A stretch of 63,234 nucleotides of DNA, counting the filler, from Octopus bimaculoides (lineage: Eukaryota), in NCBI RefSeq assembly GCF_001194135.2. It is 5 parts of 5 records of this genome, joined end to end, with 100 filler letters (N's around TTAATTAATTAA, not from the genome) between each part and the next. Parts side by side here need not be neighbours in the genome. Positions count along the whole stretch, not along the records: positions 1 to 12,463 come from NC_068994.1; positions 12,564 to 18,159 come from NC_068992.1; 3 more parts are not named here. One strand, written 5' to 3'. Positions within the stretch are counted from its first letter, which is position 1. Each line of letters begins with the position of its first letter. Shown in pieces: positions 1 through 13,259 of the stretch. The notes under the pieces were generated by a model, which had not been told where the DNA came from, did not search any database, and worked only from the letters and a program-made list of their open reading frames with translations. The position numbers and the translations under genes were made by a program.

Positions 1-412
1 ACGGAGATGTACTTGCATAGCAAATGACCTGATCTGAGATCGTATGCTGGAACGAAAACAATTGCACACAATTGCACACGCACACACACACACACACAGA
101 TGAATATATAACAATCAATCAATCGCCAAATGAGTAATTTTTTTCTATTTGTAAACTTTCCTTTTCATGTTATCAATCAATCATTTGCTATATCTGTCTT
201 TCTATCTCAATAAACATTTACATACATACATACATACACATACGTACTTACGTACATACATACATGTGTGTGTGTGTGCGTTTTTTGTGCACGTGTATTT
301 ACATATGTGATGTCTATGAATATAGATAGATAGAGAGTGAGAGAGAGAGAGAGTGAGAGAGAGAGAGAGTGAGAGAGAGAGAATGATAGATAGATATAGA
401 TATATGCATACA

Positions 413-464
<52 letters not shown>

Positions 465-1974
465 CGAGCCATAAAATGTTAGGAGGTATGANNNNNNNNN
501 NNNNNNNNNNNNNNNNNNNNNNNNNNNNNNNNNNNNNNNNNNNNNNNNNNNNNNNNNNNNNNNNNNNNNNNNNNNNNNNNNNNNNNNNNNNNNNNNNNNN
601 NNNNNNNNNNNNNNNNNNNNNNNNNNNNNNNNNNNNNNNNNNNNNNNNNNNNNNNNNNNNNNNNNNNNNNNNNNNNNNNNNNNNNNNNNNNNNNNNNNNN
701 NNNNNNNNNNNNNNNNNNNNNNNNNNNNNNNNNNNNNNNNNNNNNNNNNNNNNNNNNNNNNNNNNNNNNNNNNNNNNNNNNNNNNNNNNNNNNNNNNNNN
801 NNNNNNNNNNNNNNNNNNNNNNNNNNNNNNNNNNNNNNNNNNNNNNNNNNNNNNNNNNNNNNNNNNNNNNNNNNNNNNNNNNNNNNNNNNNNNNNNNNNN
901 NNNNNNNNNNNNNNNNNNNNNNNNNNNNNNNNNNNNNNNNNNNNNNNNNNNNNNNNNNNNNNNNNNNNNNNNNNNNNNNNNNNNNNNNNNNNNNNNNNNN
1001 NNNNNNNNNNNNNNNNNNNNNNNNNNNNNNNNNNNNNNNNNNNNNNNNNNNNNNNNNNNNNNNNNNNNNNNNNNNNNNNNNNNNNNNNNNNNNNNNNNNN
1101 NNNNNNNNNNNNNNNNNNNNNNNNNNNNNNNNNNNNNNNNNNNNNNNNNNNNNNNNNNNNNNNNNNNNNNNNNNNNNNNNNNNNNNNNNNNNNNNNNNNN
1201 NNNNNNNNNNNNNNNNNNNNNNNNNNNNNNNNNNNNATATATACACATATGTATATATACATATACACACGCATGTGTATATATATGTATATAGTTTATA
1301 TCCAGTTAAAAGAACAAGAGAAAATGGAGGCAAAGGAAGTTAACAATTATTTATTAATAACAAATTCATCATCATCATCATCGCTTCTTACAGCCGTTTG
1401 AATTAATACTCAGTAATTTAATTGCAAATTTGTACATTAAATACATTTGTATTTATGTGACATGAGCATAATTTCATCACAGAAAAAAGATGTACCTTGG
1501 GATGTTATACGTGGACCTATCGATTCATTTCCGCGAAAATGACCATTTTGTTAATAATAAATAATTAACTTCCTTGTCTCCGTTTTCTTTTCTTCTTTCA
1601 ACTGGATATAAACTATATGTTTAATATATACCTATTGCGTTAAGGGTATTTCCTTCCCCGACGATACTAGGTATTGAACCAGTATTTCCTTGTATGCAAT
1701 CATCCCTTCGCAGGGTTAACATATCTTCTGATTAAACGAAAATTTTAGAAAAATAAAAAAAGAAATAAGCTTAGTCATCGTTCAGTAGAGCATCAACACA
1801 TAAGCGGTAGCAGTTTTTTAGGCAAGAATGGCCAACATTGATGCTGTTGAGTTACGACTGAGGTTGGATGACCAACATGGGCAGATCATACTATATACGA
1901 GCAACACGGATTAAACACCCTGCCCTTGTGTGTGGGACAACTAGGCCAACAGTGGTATATCTGGATTGTCAGAT

Positions 1975-2491
1975 GCTTGAAGTTCATTAACAGAGTGTAC
2001 CTCTGGTGTTAACAATAAGATTGTTCATTGTTTTTGTTGATGATTTCTGCAGATTGGTGTGGAATGTGTCGTCTCAATTGCATGTTCCGAGTGAGTAACG
2101 AGGAGCTGTCAATTACATTCCATTTAATGTTGGAAAAATCTCCAGGTGAAACAGGACACGGGTGGCGAAGTTTTTCCTATCCCTGCATCTGAAGGAGTGC
2201 ATGTGCTCTGTATACCTTCTCTAAAAATCATTGGCTGTTCTGGTCGCGTAGTGTCTTGTGATACCATTCGATGGTATGAGGGTGGCTCTATAGAGCAAAG
2301 ACCTTGAGAGACAAGACCCTCCCAGTGGACAGTTGGTAGGATTTCGACACTTACAGATTGGCAAGTGGACTGGAGGCTGTGTAGGTTTATATTTTCGTCT
2401 ATTGTAGTTTGTAATATTGTCTAAGCAAGAGTAAATGACATTTTTAATGCAGGAATTGAAGAGTTTATCATGCAAACTGTTATTAAATACA
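1975..2491 (-). mobile_element. Penelope-like element (PLE) 3' fragment: GIY-YIG endonuclease region, degenerate
   Basis: Minus-strand translation gives HDKLFNSCIKNVIYSCLDNI...CKCRNPTNCPLGGSCLSRSLLYRATL...HYATRTANDF*RRYTEHMHSFR, then NIKWNVI and C*HQRYTLLMNF. This matches the PLE linker (YSC, CxC...CPL..C) and GIY-YIG C-terminus. Stops and frameshifts are present. Confidence 0.85.
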
Positions 2492-2493
2492 TA

Positions 2494-2676
2494 CCGTATT
2501 TTAACGTGTATAAGGAACCCCCTTTTTTCATCAAAAATTAAGTTAAAAAAATACCGGAGCTTCTTATTCATGGATAGTATTATAATCCCTTACAAAACCT
2601 TTATTTCCAAGTTTTAAGCCCCCAAAATTAGGGGGTTCCTCATACACGAGGCTTCTTTATACAAGTTAAAATACGG
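2494..2676. mobile_element. pogo/Tc2-like MITE (about 183 bp)
   Basis: Terminal inverted repeats CCGTATTTTAAC (12 bp perfect, then imperfect), flanked by TA on both sides. Subterminal inverted motif CGTGTAT(A/G)AGGAACCCC. It supplies the spurious N-terminus of ORF 2221..2571. Confidence 0.8.
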
Positions 2677-3620
2677 TATATGTACATGTATTCATATATA
2701 TATNNNNNNNNNNNNNNNNNNNNNNNNNNNNNNNNNNNNNNNNNNNNNNNNNNNNNNNNNNNNNNNNNNNNNNNNNNNNNNNNNNNNNNNNNNNNNNNNN
2801 NNNNNNNNNNNNNNNNNNNNNNNNNNNNNNNNNNNNNNNNNNNNNNNNNNNNNNNNNNNNNNNNNNNNNNNNNNNNNNNNNNNNNNNNNNNNNNNNNNNN
2901 NNNNNNNNNNNNNNNNNNNNNNNNNNNNNNNNNNNNNNNNNNNNNNNNNNNNNNNNNNNNNNNNNNNNNNNNNNNNNNNNNNNNNNNNNNNNNNNNNNNN
3001 NNNNNNNNNNNNNNNNNNNNNNNNNNNNNNNNNNNNNNNNNNNNNNNNNNNNNNNNNNNNNNNNNNNNNNNNNNNNNNNNNNNNNNNNNNNNNNNNNNNN
3101 NNNNNNNNNNNNNNNNNNNNNNNNNNNNNNNNNNNNNNNNNNNNNNNNNNNNNNNNNNNNNNNNNNNNNNNNNNNNNNNNNNNNNNNNNNNNNNNNNNNN
3201 NNNNNNNNNNNNNNNNNNNNNNNNNNNNNNNNNNNNNNNNNNNNNNNNNNNNNNNNNNNNNNNNNNNNNNNNNNNNNNNNNNNNNNNNNNNNNNNNNNNN
3301 NNNNNNNNNNNNNNNNNNNNNNNNNNNNNNNNNNNNNNNNNNNNNNNNNNNNNNNNNNNNNNNNNNNNNNNNNNNNNNNNNNNNNNNNNNNNNNNNNNNN
3401 NNNNNNNNNNNNNNNNNNNNNNNNNNNNNNNNNNNNNNNNNNNNNNNNNNNNNNNNNNNNNNNNNNNNNNNNNNNNNNNNNGGGGAACATGCGTGTGTGT
3501 GCGCGCTTGGGTGAGTGTGAGTGTTCGCGTGTATCCCCCCTCCCCGCATCTGATATTTTTATATATATGTATGTATGTATGTATGTATATAGACGGATAG
3601 ATAGATAGATAAATAGATAG

Positions 3621-3654
<34 letters not shown>

Positions 3655-3928
3655 AAAGAGAAGGGGAAGGGGAAGATGGCGGAGAAAGAGAGAAAGGTGG
3701 ACAAGAGGGTGAAAGAGAGAGTGAGATGAAGTGAGGGAGAGAATAACAGAGATAACTTGATAGGAAAAAGAGTGGGGAAAGGTTGCTGTAGACTAGTTAT
3801 GTATATGAATGTATGTATGTGTATATATAATCTATACACATGTGCGTGTCTGTATATGTTTATGTCAGATGTGTGTATATGCATATAAACACACACAAGT
3901 GCTCGCATATATATATATATATATATAT

Positions 3929-3989
<61 letters not shown>

Positions 3990-3990
<1 letters not shown>

Positions 3991-5712
3991 GGGAGAGGAA
4001 AAGTGAGAGAGAAGTTGGAATGGGGGAACTACATGGAGAAAAGAATATGAGGATAAGAGGCATAGAAAGTGAACTAGGAAGATATTGAGGAGATAATGTG
4101 AACTAAGGGGGAGAGAGAGGGAGAGAGAGAAGGGGTGGAAATAGACAGAGAAAGAGGAGGGAGAGAAAGAATGAAAGTAAACGTCTAAAGAGAAAGGGAA
4201 AGAGCAGAAAAGTGTGGAGGAAATAGTGAGAAGACGAAAGAATGGAAGAGCGAAATGAGATGGTAAAAGAAGAGGGGAAATAATTAATATTGAACGGAAT
4301 AAAAAAGAAAAACTGGCGAGAAAGACTGGAAGAGAAATGCTGAGTGTTTAAAGAGGGGAAAGGGTAGAGAGTATTAGAGAGGAAGAAGGGGAGAGAGTGA
4401 GGGAATATGGAGATTAGAGAAAAAGAGAGGGAAATAGAGAGAGAATGGGAGATGAAATGGGAAGGTGAAGGACAGCAGAGAGTAAAAGAGTGATATATGA
4501 AGAGAGGGGAAGGGGGATAAGTAGAAAGGGGGAGAGATAAAGAGAGAGAGAAAGAAAAAGAGGTGATAAAAGTGAGAGAGAGAAAGAGAGCAAGAGAAGA
4601 GAAAAAAGTGACGAAGTAAGGCGAAAGGGAAGGGAAAAAAAGCTAGAAATAGAAAGAAAATATGTGGGAGATTGTGGTGGTGGGGAGTAAAAGCAGAGAA
4701 TGAGGGGAAAGAGATTGAGAAAGAGAGGAAGTGAGAAAATAAGGGAGAGGAGAAGAGAAGGATAGTAGAGGGGGGGGGGTAAGAGTGAGATAAGAACAGG
4801 GATTCAATGAAAAGAAGGGAAAGAAAGAAAGGAAAATAGGTGAAGGAAAGAAAGTGGGGCGGGAGAGTGTTTGTGTGGAGAGGAAAGCAAAGTGGGGGGT
4901 AGAAGTGATTATAAAAAAATAGCGAGAAAGTGAGGACGTCTGAGAAAAGAAAGAAGAAAGATAGGGTGACGGAGGAGGGGGATATAGAAGAGAAATGAAG
5001 GAGGGGGGAAAGTTAGAAAGTGGATGAGAGAGGATGAGGGGTGGTTTAGAAAAGAAGAGAAAGATTGTCGGAGAGGGAAAGGAAAAGCGTTTGAGAGAGA
5101 GGAGGGTGGTTGAGAAAAGAAGGGAGGAGGAAAGGAAAAAAAGAGGAAGGGGAAAGATAAAGATTGTGAGACAGATGAGGGGGTTGTTTAGAAAAAGGGT
5201 AAGGTTGTTAGAGAAGGGGTGAAAGAAGGAAAGGGGAAAAGTATGTAAGAGAGAGAAGGGGGGTATTTTAGGAAGAAAAACGAGAAAGGAAAAGATAAAG
5301 TGTTTAAGATAGAGAAATGAAAAGTAAATGAAGAAGGGAAAGAGAGTGTAAGGGATAAAGAGGGGGGAGGAAAGAAAAGGAAAAGGGGAAAAAGAATGTA
5401 AGAGAGAGAAGGGTTGTTTTGGAAAGAAAGATATAGAGTGTCAGAGAAGAAAAGGATAAGATCGTCAGTGAGAAAGGAGAAAGAGAAAAAGAAGGGAGAA
5501 AGATAAAGAGTAAGAGAGAGAGAGAGAGAGAGAGTTGGAAGGTGGTTTTAGAAAGGAAGAGAAAGAAAAGGAAGAAAACGAGGAGGGAAAGGATGAAGTG
5601 TGTGACAGAGAGGAGTGAGAGAAAGATCGACAGAGAAGAGGAAAGAAGAAAAAGAGGAGGGAAAAGGATGAAGTGTGTGAGTGACCGGAGGAGGAGGAGG
5701 AGGAGGAGGAGG
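3990..5712. repeat. Long degenerate polypurine (GA-rich) tract
   Basis: Plus strand is almost entirely A/G over about 1.7 kb, with recurring GG(T/G)GTTTTAGAAA-like and GGATGAAGTGTGTGA motifs. Confidence 0.9.
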
Positions 5713-5932
5713 ATGGTGTTAAAGTCATCTTTCCAGACTTCCACTCCTCACATTTCCCCGATACTCTCTCTCTTTCTCTTTCTCTCTCGTTCCCTCTCTC
5801 TCTCTCTCGTTCCCTCTCTCTTTCACTTCTCTCTCCCTCACGCATGGCACCAACTTTGCTCAAACCTCTCCATCTTATCGTCATTGTTGTTGGTGTTGTT
5901 GTCATCGTTATCATTGTCACCACCAAAGTTCG

Positions 5933-6070
5933 TACGTGGTCGCCCGACCTGCTAAAAGCAGCGACCAAATTCCCCTCTTAAAAGAAGGAAGAACACGTTG
6001 GATTATAGAGTCCAATATATATAAACCCCGCCAAAAGACGGAACGGTCATTTCTGGAATGTTTTTGATCT
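5933..6070 (+). mobile_element. Dispersed repeat family A (SINE-like 3' portion), partial copy
   Basis: Shares CGACCTGCTA-AAA-AGCAGC-CAAAT and AAAAGACGG-A-GGTCA motifs with the copies at 7064-7705, 15250-15400 and about 40050-40135 (minus). Confidence 0.6.
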
Positions 6071-6189
6071 TGGCTTTACCTACAGTTAACAATATCGCTT
6101 TCTCAATATTGTCATCAGTTCGTTGTTGCCTTATTTACATGAGGGAAAACGGGACAACAGTTTCAAATACATTCATCTCTCATCTGGTG

Positions 6190-6221
<32 letters not shown>

Positions 6222-6232
6222 GAGAGAGAGAG

Positions 6233-6263
<31 letters not shown>

Positions 6264-6272
6264 CAAACAGAC

Positions 6273-6307
<35 letters not shown>

Positions 6308-6516
6308 GGGGGATGAGAGACAGACTGACGGACGGACTGACAGAAACAGAAAGAGAATGGGGAAACAGAAAGAGAGACAGAGGATGAGACAAAAATCAGA
6401 GACAGACAAGCAGAGAGAGAGAGATGAAAAGAATTAGAGCGATACGAGAGAGAGGTAACAGAAAGACAGACAAATAGAGAGAGAGAAACGGGGACAGAGA
6501 CGGTCAGAAGATAGAC

Positions 6517-6578
<62 letters not shown>

Positions 6579-7063
6579 TAACTGGCAGACAGCTCGATAG
6601 AAACAGAGAGAGACAAAAAGATATGCAAAGTAAGAGAGGAGGCGAGGGTGACAGAAAGAGACGAATAGAAAAAAAGGGGTTGACAGAGAGAAAGACAGGC
6701 GAGATAGAGCAGACGACAGAGAGGTAGAAAGAGTGAAAAACAGAGAGAGAGACAGTGAGAGAAAAAGACAGAGAGAGAGAGAGAAAGACAGAAAGAAAGA
6801 AAAACAAGAGGGAAAGAGAAAGAAAGAGTAGAGAGGGAGAAAGAAGTTATAAACTGTCGTTTGTGAAGTTATTGCTGTTGAATGTTGTTGTTGTTGTTTT
6901 TGTGGTGGGTGGCGGTGGTGGTGAGAGGTCAAAACTGTTGGACCCCACAGTGTCACAGTTGCTGGCTTTTGTTGTTTGTTTTGCTTTGAGGAGCAAACGT
7001 GGTTCGCTTGTTTTATGATTGTTTACCTGTGACGTCCCAGTAACCACAGCACAACACAATTTC

Positions 7064-7705
7064 ACCGGCTAAAAATAGCAGCCAAATTTAACTCAAACAT
7101 TAACTTCGCCGTCTTGGAAAAAAAAAAAAAGACACTTTACATAATCTGGTCCTAGATTTCCTGCACATGGGAAAAAAGACGGGATTGTCACGGCTAGAAT
7201 TTGGAGTCTGGAACGTCTTTGCTCGATCAGGTCCTACCGAGGGCTAAACAAAAATATATCTAAACTGTAGCCCACTTAAAAAGAGTAGCTAAATTTCCCT
7301 CAGATCTGAACACGCTCCGTTTTTGGATAATCTGCTGTTGGATTCCCTTCCTGATCGTAGGGGAAAAGATGTGATGGCCACTCTTGGAAGGCCTCTGAAC
7401 ACAGGTCTGCTCGATAAGGGCTGACATGAGCTGGAGCAGCAGCGTTACCCCACGACATAATTCAGCCACCACGCGAGACCACGCTACACCAGGAGCCAAC
7501 CAGGTGGATGCCTCTAAGTGGTCATTGAACCTGTTAGATATAACAGGCAAATCTCTTTGAAATCACACATCGCCCTCTTAGGAAAGGACGCATAAGATTA
7601 TGTGGTCCTTCGGTTTCCTACAGATAGGGAAAGGACGGAATTGTCGCGGTTGGAGTGCTTTTGAGCGTAGGTCTGTTCGATCAGGGCTGACCTTGGGCTA
7701 AACAA
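7064..7705 (+). mobile_element. Three head-to-tail diverged copies of dispersed repeat family A
   Basis: Units at about 7064-7250, 7280-7440 and 7507-7705. Each has AGCAGCCAAAT-like, GAAAA(A)GACGG-like and GCTCGATCAGGGCTGAC...GGGCTAAACAA-like segments in the same order. Confidence 0.75.
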
Positions 7706-7754
7706 GAGCATTTTCAAGAGGAAAACAAACTACCCGGCCACCTTCCCCACCCGA

Positions 7755-7821
7755 CAAATAGACAGATAGATAGATAGATAGCGACAGACAGACAGATAGA
7801 TAGATAGATAAAGAGATAGAC

Positions 7822-7910
<89 letters not shown>

Positions 7911-7921
7911 GAGATAGATAG

Positions 7922-7960
<39 letters not shown>

Positions 7961-8720
7961 CTGAGACTATTTCTCTTTGAGACAAGGAAAGAGAAGTGGT
8001 GGAAGAGAGTGGCGAAAACGAAGAGGGGGAAAAGTGGTAATGTAGATGCAGTAAGGGAAGGAGAGAGGGGGAGAAAGAGAGGAGGTTGAACAGGCATAGA
8101 AGAGATGACGTTATAAAGATAGGGAAAGGCAGAGAGAAATAAGAAGGGGAAGTTATATAAAAGAGAGTGAGAGATAAAAGGAAGCAAGATAAAGGGAAAG
8201 AGAGAGAGAGAGAGTCATAAGAAAGGGTAGGCTTGATAAGGAGGGATATGAGAGAGGAGAATAGAAAGTGTAAGCAAGAAGTAAAGAGAGAAAGAGGGAA
8301 AGTGAAAGCGATATGCGAGAGAGGGGAGATTGAGAAAGACGGAGAGAATGTATATAGACAGAGGGAGGGTGCAAGAGAGAGAGAAGTAAGAAGGGGAAGC
8401 TAGGAGAGAGCGAGAGAAGGAGGGGAGACGGCGGTAGAGAAAAAGAGCGAGAGAGGTAGGGGAGACGGCGGGAGAGGAAAAGAGCGAGAGAGGGAGGGGA
8501 GACAGAAGTAGAGGGAAAGAACGAGAGGGGAAAGGGAGACAGAGGTAGAGAGGTAGAGAGAGAGAGAGGTAGAGGCGCACATAGAATCACACATAGACAC
8601 AGACAAGCGACAGTCATAGACTGAAAGACGAAGAGAGGGAAGGAAGAAGGAAAGTGCCCGATGGTAGATCGAAGGTGTTGGAAACTCATAAAGTTGGGTA
8701 GATGAATAAGAGAGAAGTGT
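7755..8720. repeat. (GATA)n microsatellite followed by a polypurine tract
   Basis: Direct reading: GATA array at about 7765-7960, then degenerate GA-rich sequence. Confidence 0.9.
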
Positions 8721-8780
8721 TTGACCACTCCTCAGCCAGTCCATCTATCCATCCAGCCACTCGGGGGTACCTGCCCACAG

Positions 8781-8852
8781 ATAGATGATAATACAGACGG
8801 TGTGACAGGGAGAAAGAATAACAAAAACACCAGCAAGTGTCTCATCGTTCAG
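8781..8852 (+). CDS. Weak candidate internal exon (72 nt, IDDNTDGVTGRKNNKNTSKCLIVQ)
   Basis: Perfect CAG|GTAAGT donor at 8853 and a weak CCCACAG acceptor. One open frame in a unique island between repeats. No homology recognised. Confidence 0.15.
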
Positions 8853-9546
8853 GTAAGTTTCCTAGTTTTTTTAATCGTCTTAACTTGTTTATCTATTAGT
8901 CTATCTATTAGTCTATCTATGTGTCTANNNNNNNNNNNNNNNNNNNNNNNNNNNNNNNNNNNNNNNNNNNNNNNNNNNNNNNNNNNNNNNNNNNNNNNNN
9001 NNNNNNNNNNNNNNNNNNNNNNNNNNNNNNNNNNNNNNNNNNNNNNNNNNNNNNNNNNNNNNNNNNNNNNNNNNNNNNNNNNNNNNNNNNNNNNNNNNNN
9101 NNNNNNNNNNNNNNNNNNNNNNNNNNNNNNNNNNNNNNNNNNNNNNNNNNNNNNNNNNNNNNNNNNNNNNNNNNNNNNNNNNNNNNNNNNNNNNNNNNNN
9201 NNNNNNNNNNNNNNNNNNNNNNNNNNNNNNNNNNNNNNNNNNNNNNNNNNNNNNNNNNNNNNNNNNNNNNNNNNNNNNNNNNNNNNNNNNNNNNNNNNNN
9301 NNNNNNNNNNNNNNNNNNNNNNNNNNNNNNNNNNNNNNNNNNNNNNNNNNNNNNNNNNNNNNNNNNNNNNNNNNNNNNNNNNNNNNNNNNNNNNNNNNNN
9401 NNNNNNNNNNNNNNNNNNNNNNNNNNNNNNNNNNNNNNNNNNNNNNNNNNNNNNNNNNNNNNNNNNNNNNNNNNNATTTATAGATATAGATACATTCAAA
9501 CACTTACATAAATATGTATCTATATATATATATATAAATATGTATC

Positions 9547-9591
<45 letters not shown>

Positions 9592-9732
9592 CTTTCTATA
9601 TTATCTAACTATATATCTTTCTTTCATTCCGTTTATACTCATCCATCTATCTGTGCCTTTCCTTCCGTCTATCAATCTATCAGTATATATGTATACACAC
9701 AAACACAAACACATACATACATGCAAACATAT

Positions 9733-9778
<46 letters not shown>

Positions 9779-9938
9779 CGACAGATATACACCGATAAAC
9801 ACACACGCGGATATATAGAAAGACAGATAAACTTATGGACAAACAAATATATAAGCTGATTAAAAGATATATATGTATGTGTGTATGTATGTATATAAAC
9901 ATGTATATGTACGTATGTAAACATTATATGTATGTGTG

Positions 9939-10029
<91 letters not shown>

Positions 10030-10403
10030 ATTATTAAACTGTTTTTTTTTACATGTAACATTCTAGTATAATTTAGTTTTCTTTTCTGTATATATATATA
10101 TATATATATATACATAGTCAAGTATATGTATATATATATATATACATAGTCAAGTATATGTATATATCATATAGGTGTATATATGTATGTATATACATTC
10201 ATATATATGTCTGTTTTTGTGTCTACAAAAGTACTTGTATATCTATCTACCTATCTATATTTTTATCTTGTTTTCTCATTCACATGTAAACACATACGTG
10301 TGTTCATATATATGTATATAAGATACATTCATACATACATACATACATATATATATATATATGTGTGTGTGTTTATGTATACATCTCGCTCTGTGTGTAT
10401 GTG

Positions 10404-10438
<35 letters not shown>

Positions 10439-10813
10439 NNNNNNNNNNNNNNNNNNNNNNNNNNNNNNNNNNNNNNNNNNNNNNNNNNNNNNNNNNNNNN
10501 NNNNNNNNNNNNNNNNNNNNNNNNNNNNNNNNNNNNNNNNNNNNNNNNNNNNNNNNNNNNNNNNNNNNNNNNNNNNNNNNNNNNNNNNNNNNNNNNNNNN
10601 NNNNNNNNNNNNNNNNNNNNNNNNNNNNNNNNNNNNNNNNNNNNNNNNNNNNNNNNNNNNNNNNNNNNNNNNNNNNNNNNNNNNNNNNNNNNNNNNNNNN
10701 NNNNNNNNNNNNNNNNNNNNNNNNNNNNNNNNNNNNNNNNNNNNNNNNNNNNNNNNNNNNNNNNNNNNNNNNNNNTATATATATATATATAGATATATAT
10801 ATATACACGCATA

Positions 10814-10847
<34 letters not shown>

Positions 10848-10934
10848 TGTGTGTGTATGAAGTGTATACAGATACACACACACACACACACATAGATATA
10901 TCTGTGCGTGTGTATGTATGCATGTTTGTTGAAC

Positions 10935-12300
10935 TTTTGCTTCTCTTCTTTCTCTCTCTCTCTCTCTCTTTTCCTACAGCTTCTCTAATTTCTCCCTCCT
11001 TATCATTCTACTCTTTATTTCTTTTCTCTCCTTTTCCTCTCTTTCTCCTTCCACTTTCTCTCTATCCCTTCCCTTTCCTGTCTGTCTCTGTTATCTCTTC
11101 TTACTCAACTTTCTCCTCTCTCTCCCTCTCCCTTCCTCCCTCGCTCTCATATTTCCTGTCGTTTTATATTTCTATCGTCTGCTTCTTCCATTCTTTATAT
11201 CCCCCCACCTTTCCTTCTATTCACAAACCGCTCCTCTCACTTTCCTCACACGCAGTCTCTCTTTTTCTTACACACAAACACACATGCACACTCACACACA
11301 CATACACACACATGTCTATCTTTCCTTATTTCTCTTCTCTTCCCTCTCTTCCTTTCATTTTCTACCTCACCTTTCCCTCTCTTCTCTTATTTTCTCCCTC
11401 TTTTTCTTTACTTTCTTTCTCTCACTCTTCTCTTTTCCTCTTCTCTCTTCCTCACTTTCTGTCTGATTCTTTCTTTCTATTTCCTTGTCACCTCTTCACT
11501 CTTCTTCTTCTCTCTCTCTCTCTCTCTCTCTTCTGTATGTCACCTCCTTACTCCCTTCTCCTCTAAGTTCTTTCCCTCTCTCCTCTCTTTCAGCCACCCT
11601 CTCTCTCTCTCTCTCTTATACCTCATCTCCCCTTTCCGTTTCTCTTTTCTGTCTGTCGTTTCTTGTTTCTCTCTTTTTTCTTCCTGTCACCTCCTCACTC
11701 TCTGTCTGCTTCTCTTTACCTTTTCGTTTTCCTTGTCATCACTTTATCTTTCTCTCTCTCTCTCTTCCAGAGTATACCCTTTCTCCCTCTCTATCCACCT
11801 CCTCTTTGACACATTTCTACTTTTCTTTTTCTTTTCCCTCCCCTCTCAACACCGTCACGCTTTCCTCTTTCTCTCACTTCTCTACACTACTCTTTCTCTC
11901 TCTAGTTCCCTCTCTCTTTTCCCCCCATACATACACCAACCCTCCCCTTCTGATTCAACCATACAGCTCCCCTTTTTCCACCCCACCACACTTTCCCTTT
12001 CCCTCTCTACTCTCAACGCCGTCGCCTCCTTCCACGCGTGTCTCCCTCTCTATCTGTCTCCCTCTCTATCTGTCTACGTTTCTCCTTCCACATCTCTCAT
12101 CATTTCTCTCAATTTAAGTTTCTCTCAGTCACCCCTTCAGTTCCATACCTCTCTCTCTCTCTCTCTCTTTCGCTCGCACTCCCTATCTCTCTCACTTTTA
12201 TTAATTTTCACACAGACTCTCTCTGTCTCTCTCTATCTCTTTCTAGCTGTGTCACTCTCTCTTCTACAAGTCATTCCCTTTCTCTTCTTCCTCTCCCCAC
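10935..12300. repeat. Long degenerate polypyrimidine (CT-rich) tract
   Basis: Plus strand is almost entirely C/T. The polarity is opposite to the tracts at 4-8.7 kb. Confidence 0.9.
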
Positions 12301-12361
12301 CGACGACTTCCCACCCTCTATCATCATGCAACACATGGGATTATGTGTGTATGTATGTATG

Positions 12362-12403
<42 letters not shown>

Positions 12404-12589
12404 AATACACATATACTCATTTGTGCAATATCTAGTGTGTAAGTATATATATATATATATATANNNNNNNNNNNNNNNNNNNNNNNNNNNNNNNNNNNNN
12501 NNNNNNNTTAATTAATTAANNNNNNNNNNNNNNNNNNNNNNNNNNNNNNNNNNNNNNNNNNNNATATATATATATATACACACATGGCG

Positions 12590-13100
12590 AAGCTGATCCA
12601 AGTCACAAACAAAAGAACTAGGCTCTTGTGTCTCGGTAGCCACAACAGTGATCACATTGAATGCTTCACTGGTCCTGGAAGAATGCATTGAAGCAACATG
12701 TGTAGAATTTATACATCGTACTCAAGCACGCTATGGACCTGTATTTCTTCTTCACATGTTTCTACTTTCTAGTTGCTGGTGCTGTACGTACAATCGCCAG
12801 CTTGTCTGGCCCATCAGTCTCATTAAATGTTATTTTAAACAGTTTAACGAGGGCTGCGCAGTAGAATGTAAACTTTCTGTATCATTAACTAATTATCAGG
12901 TTTCTGCTGAGTGATTTTCCGTTCAATAGGTTGCAACAATTGTCAAGAGAATTTCACAGTTGATGAATGTAACTTTTGAGAAAGTTGTTTGCAAAGTACT
13001 CACTCCGTAGATAATCAAACCCTACTGCATAAAATTTCTTTCTTTTATCTCTCAACCAAATAATTCTAGACCATCTTGAGGAGGGCGTCATGCGCTTCAA
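12590..13100 (-). mobile_element. R4/Dong-like LINE fragment, N-terminal RT region
   Basis: Minus-strand translation with stops gives FDYLRSEYFAN...NGKS...*YRKFTFYCAALVKLFKITFNETDGPDKLAIVRT...KKYRSIACLSTMYKFYTCCFNAFFQDQ. This matches the RT YRPIxCLxTxYK motif of R4-type elements. Confidence 0.8.
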
Positions 13101-13176
13101 ATCATGACCTTACATACCGCGATGTAACAACGGTTGGGTGATTAAAGCAAAATTCGGGGTTGACGGCCTTCCCTTA

Positions 13177-13259
<83 letters not shown>

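Noticed and set aside
1725-1745. CTGATTAAACGAAA downstream of the Penelope fragment as a minimal hammerhead
   Set aside because: The CTGANGA core is broken, there is no stem II, and the orientation is antisense to the element.
12508-12519. TTAATTAATTAA inside N runs (also 18204-18215, 43969-43980, 46027-46038)
   Set aside because: Where counted (12464-12563) it sits between two 44-N blocks in a 100-bp gap, and the other three gaps are also 100 bp. It places stops in all six frames, so it is an assembler gap placeholder, not biology.
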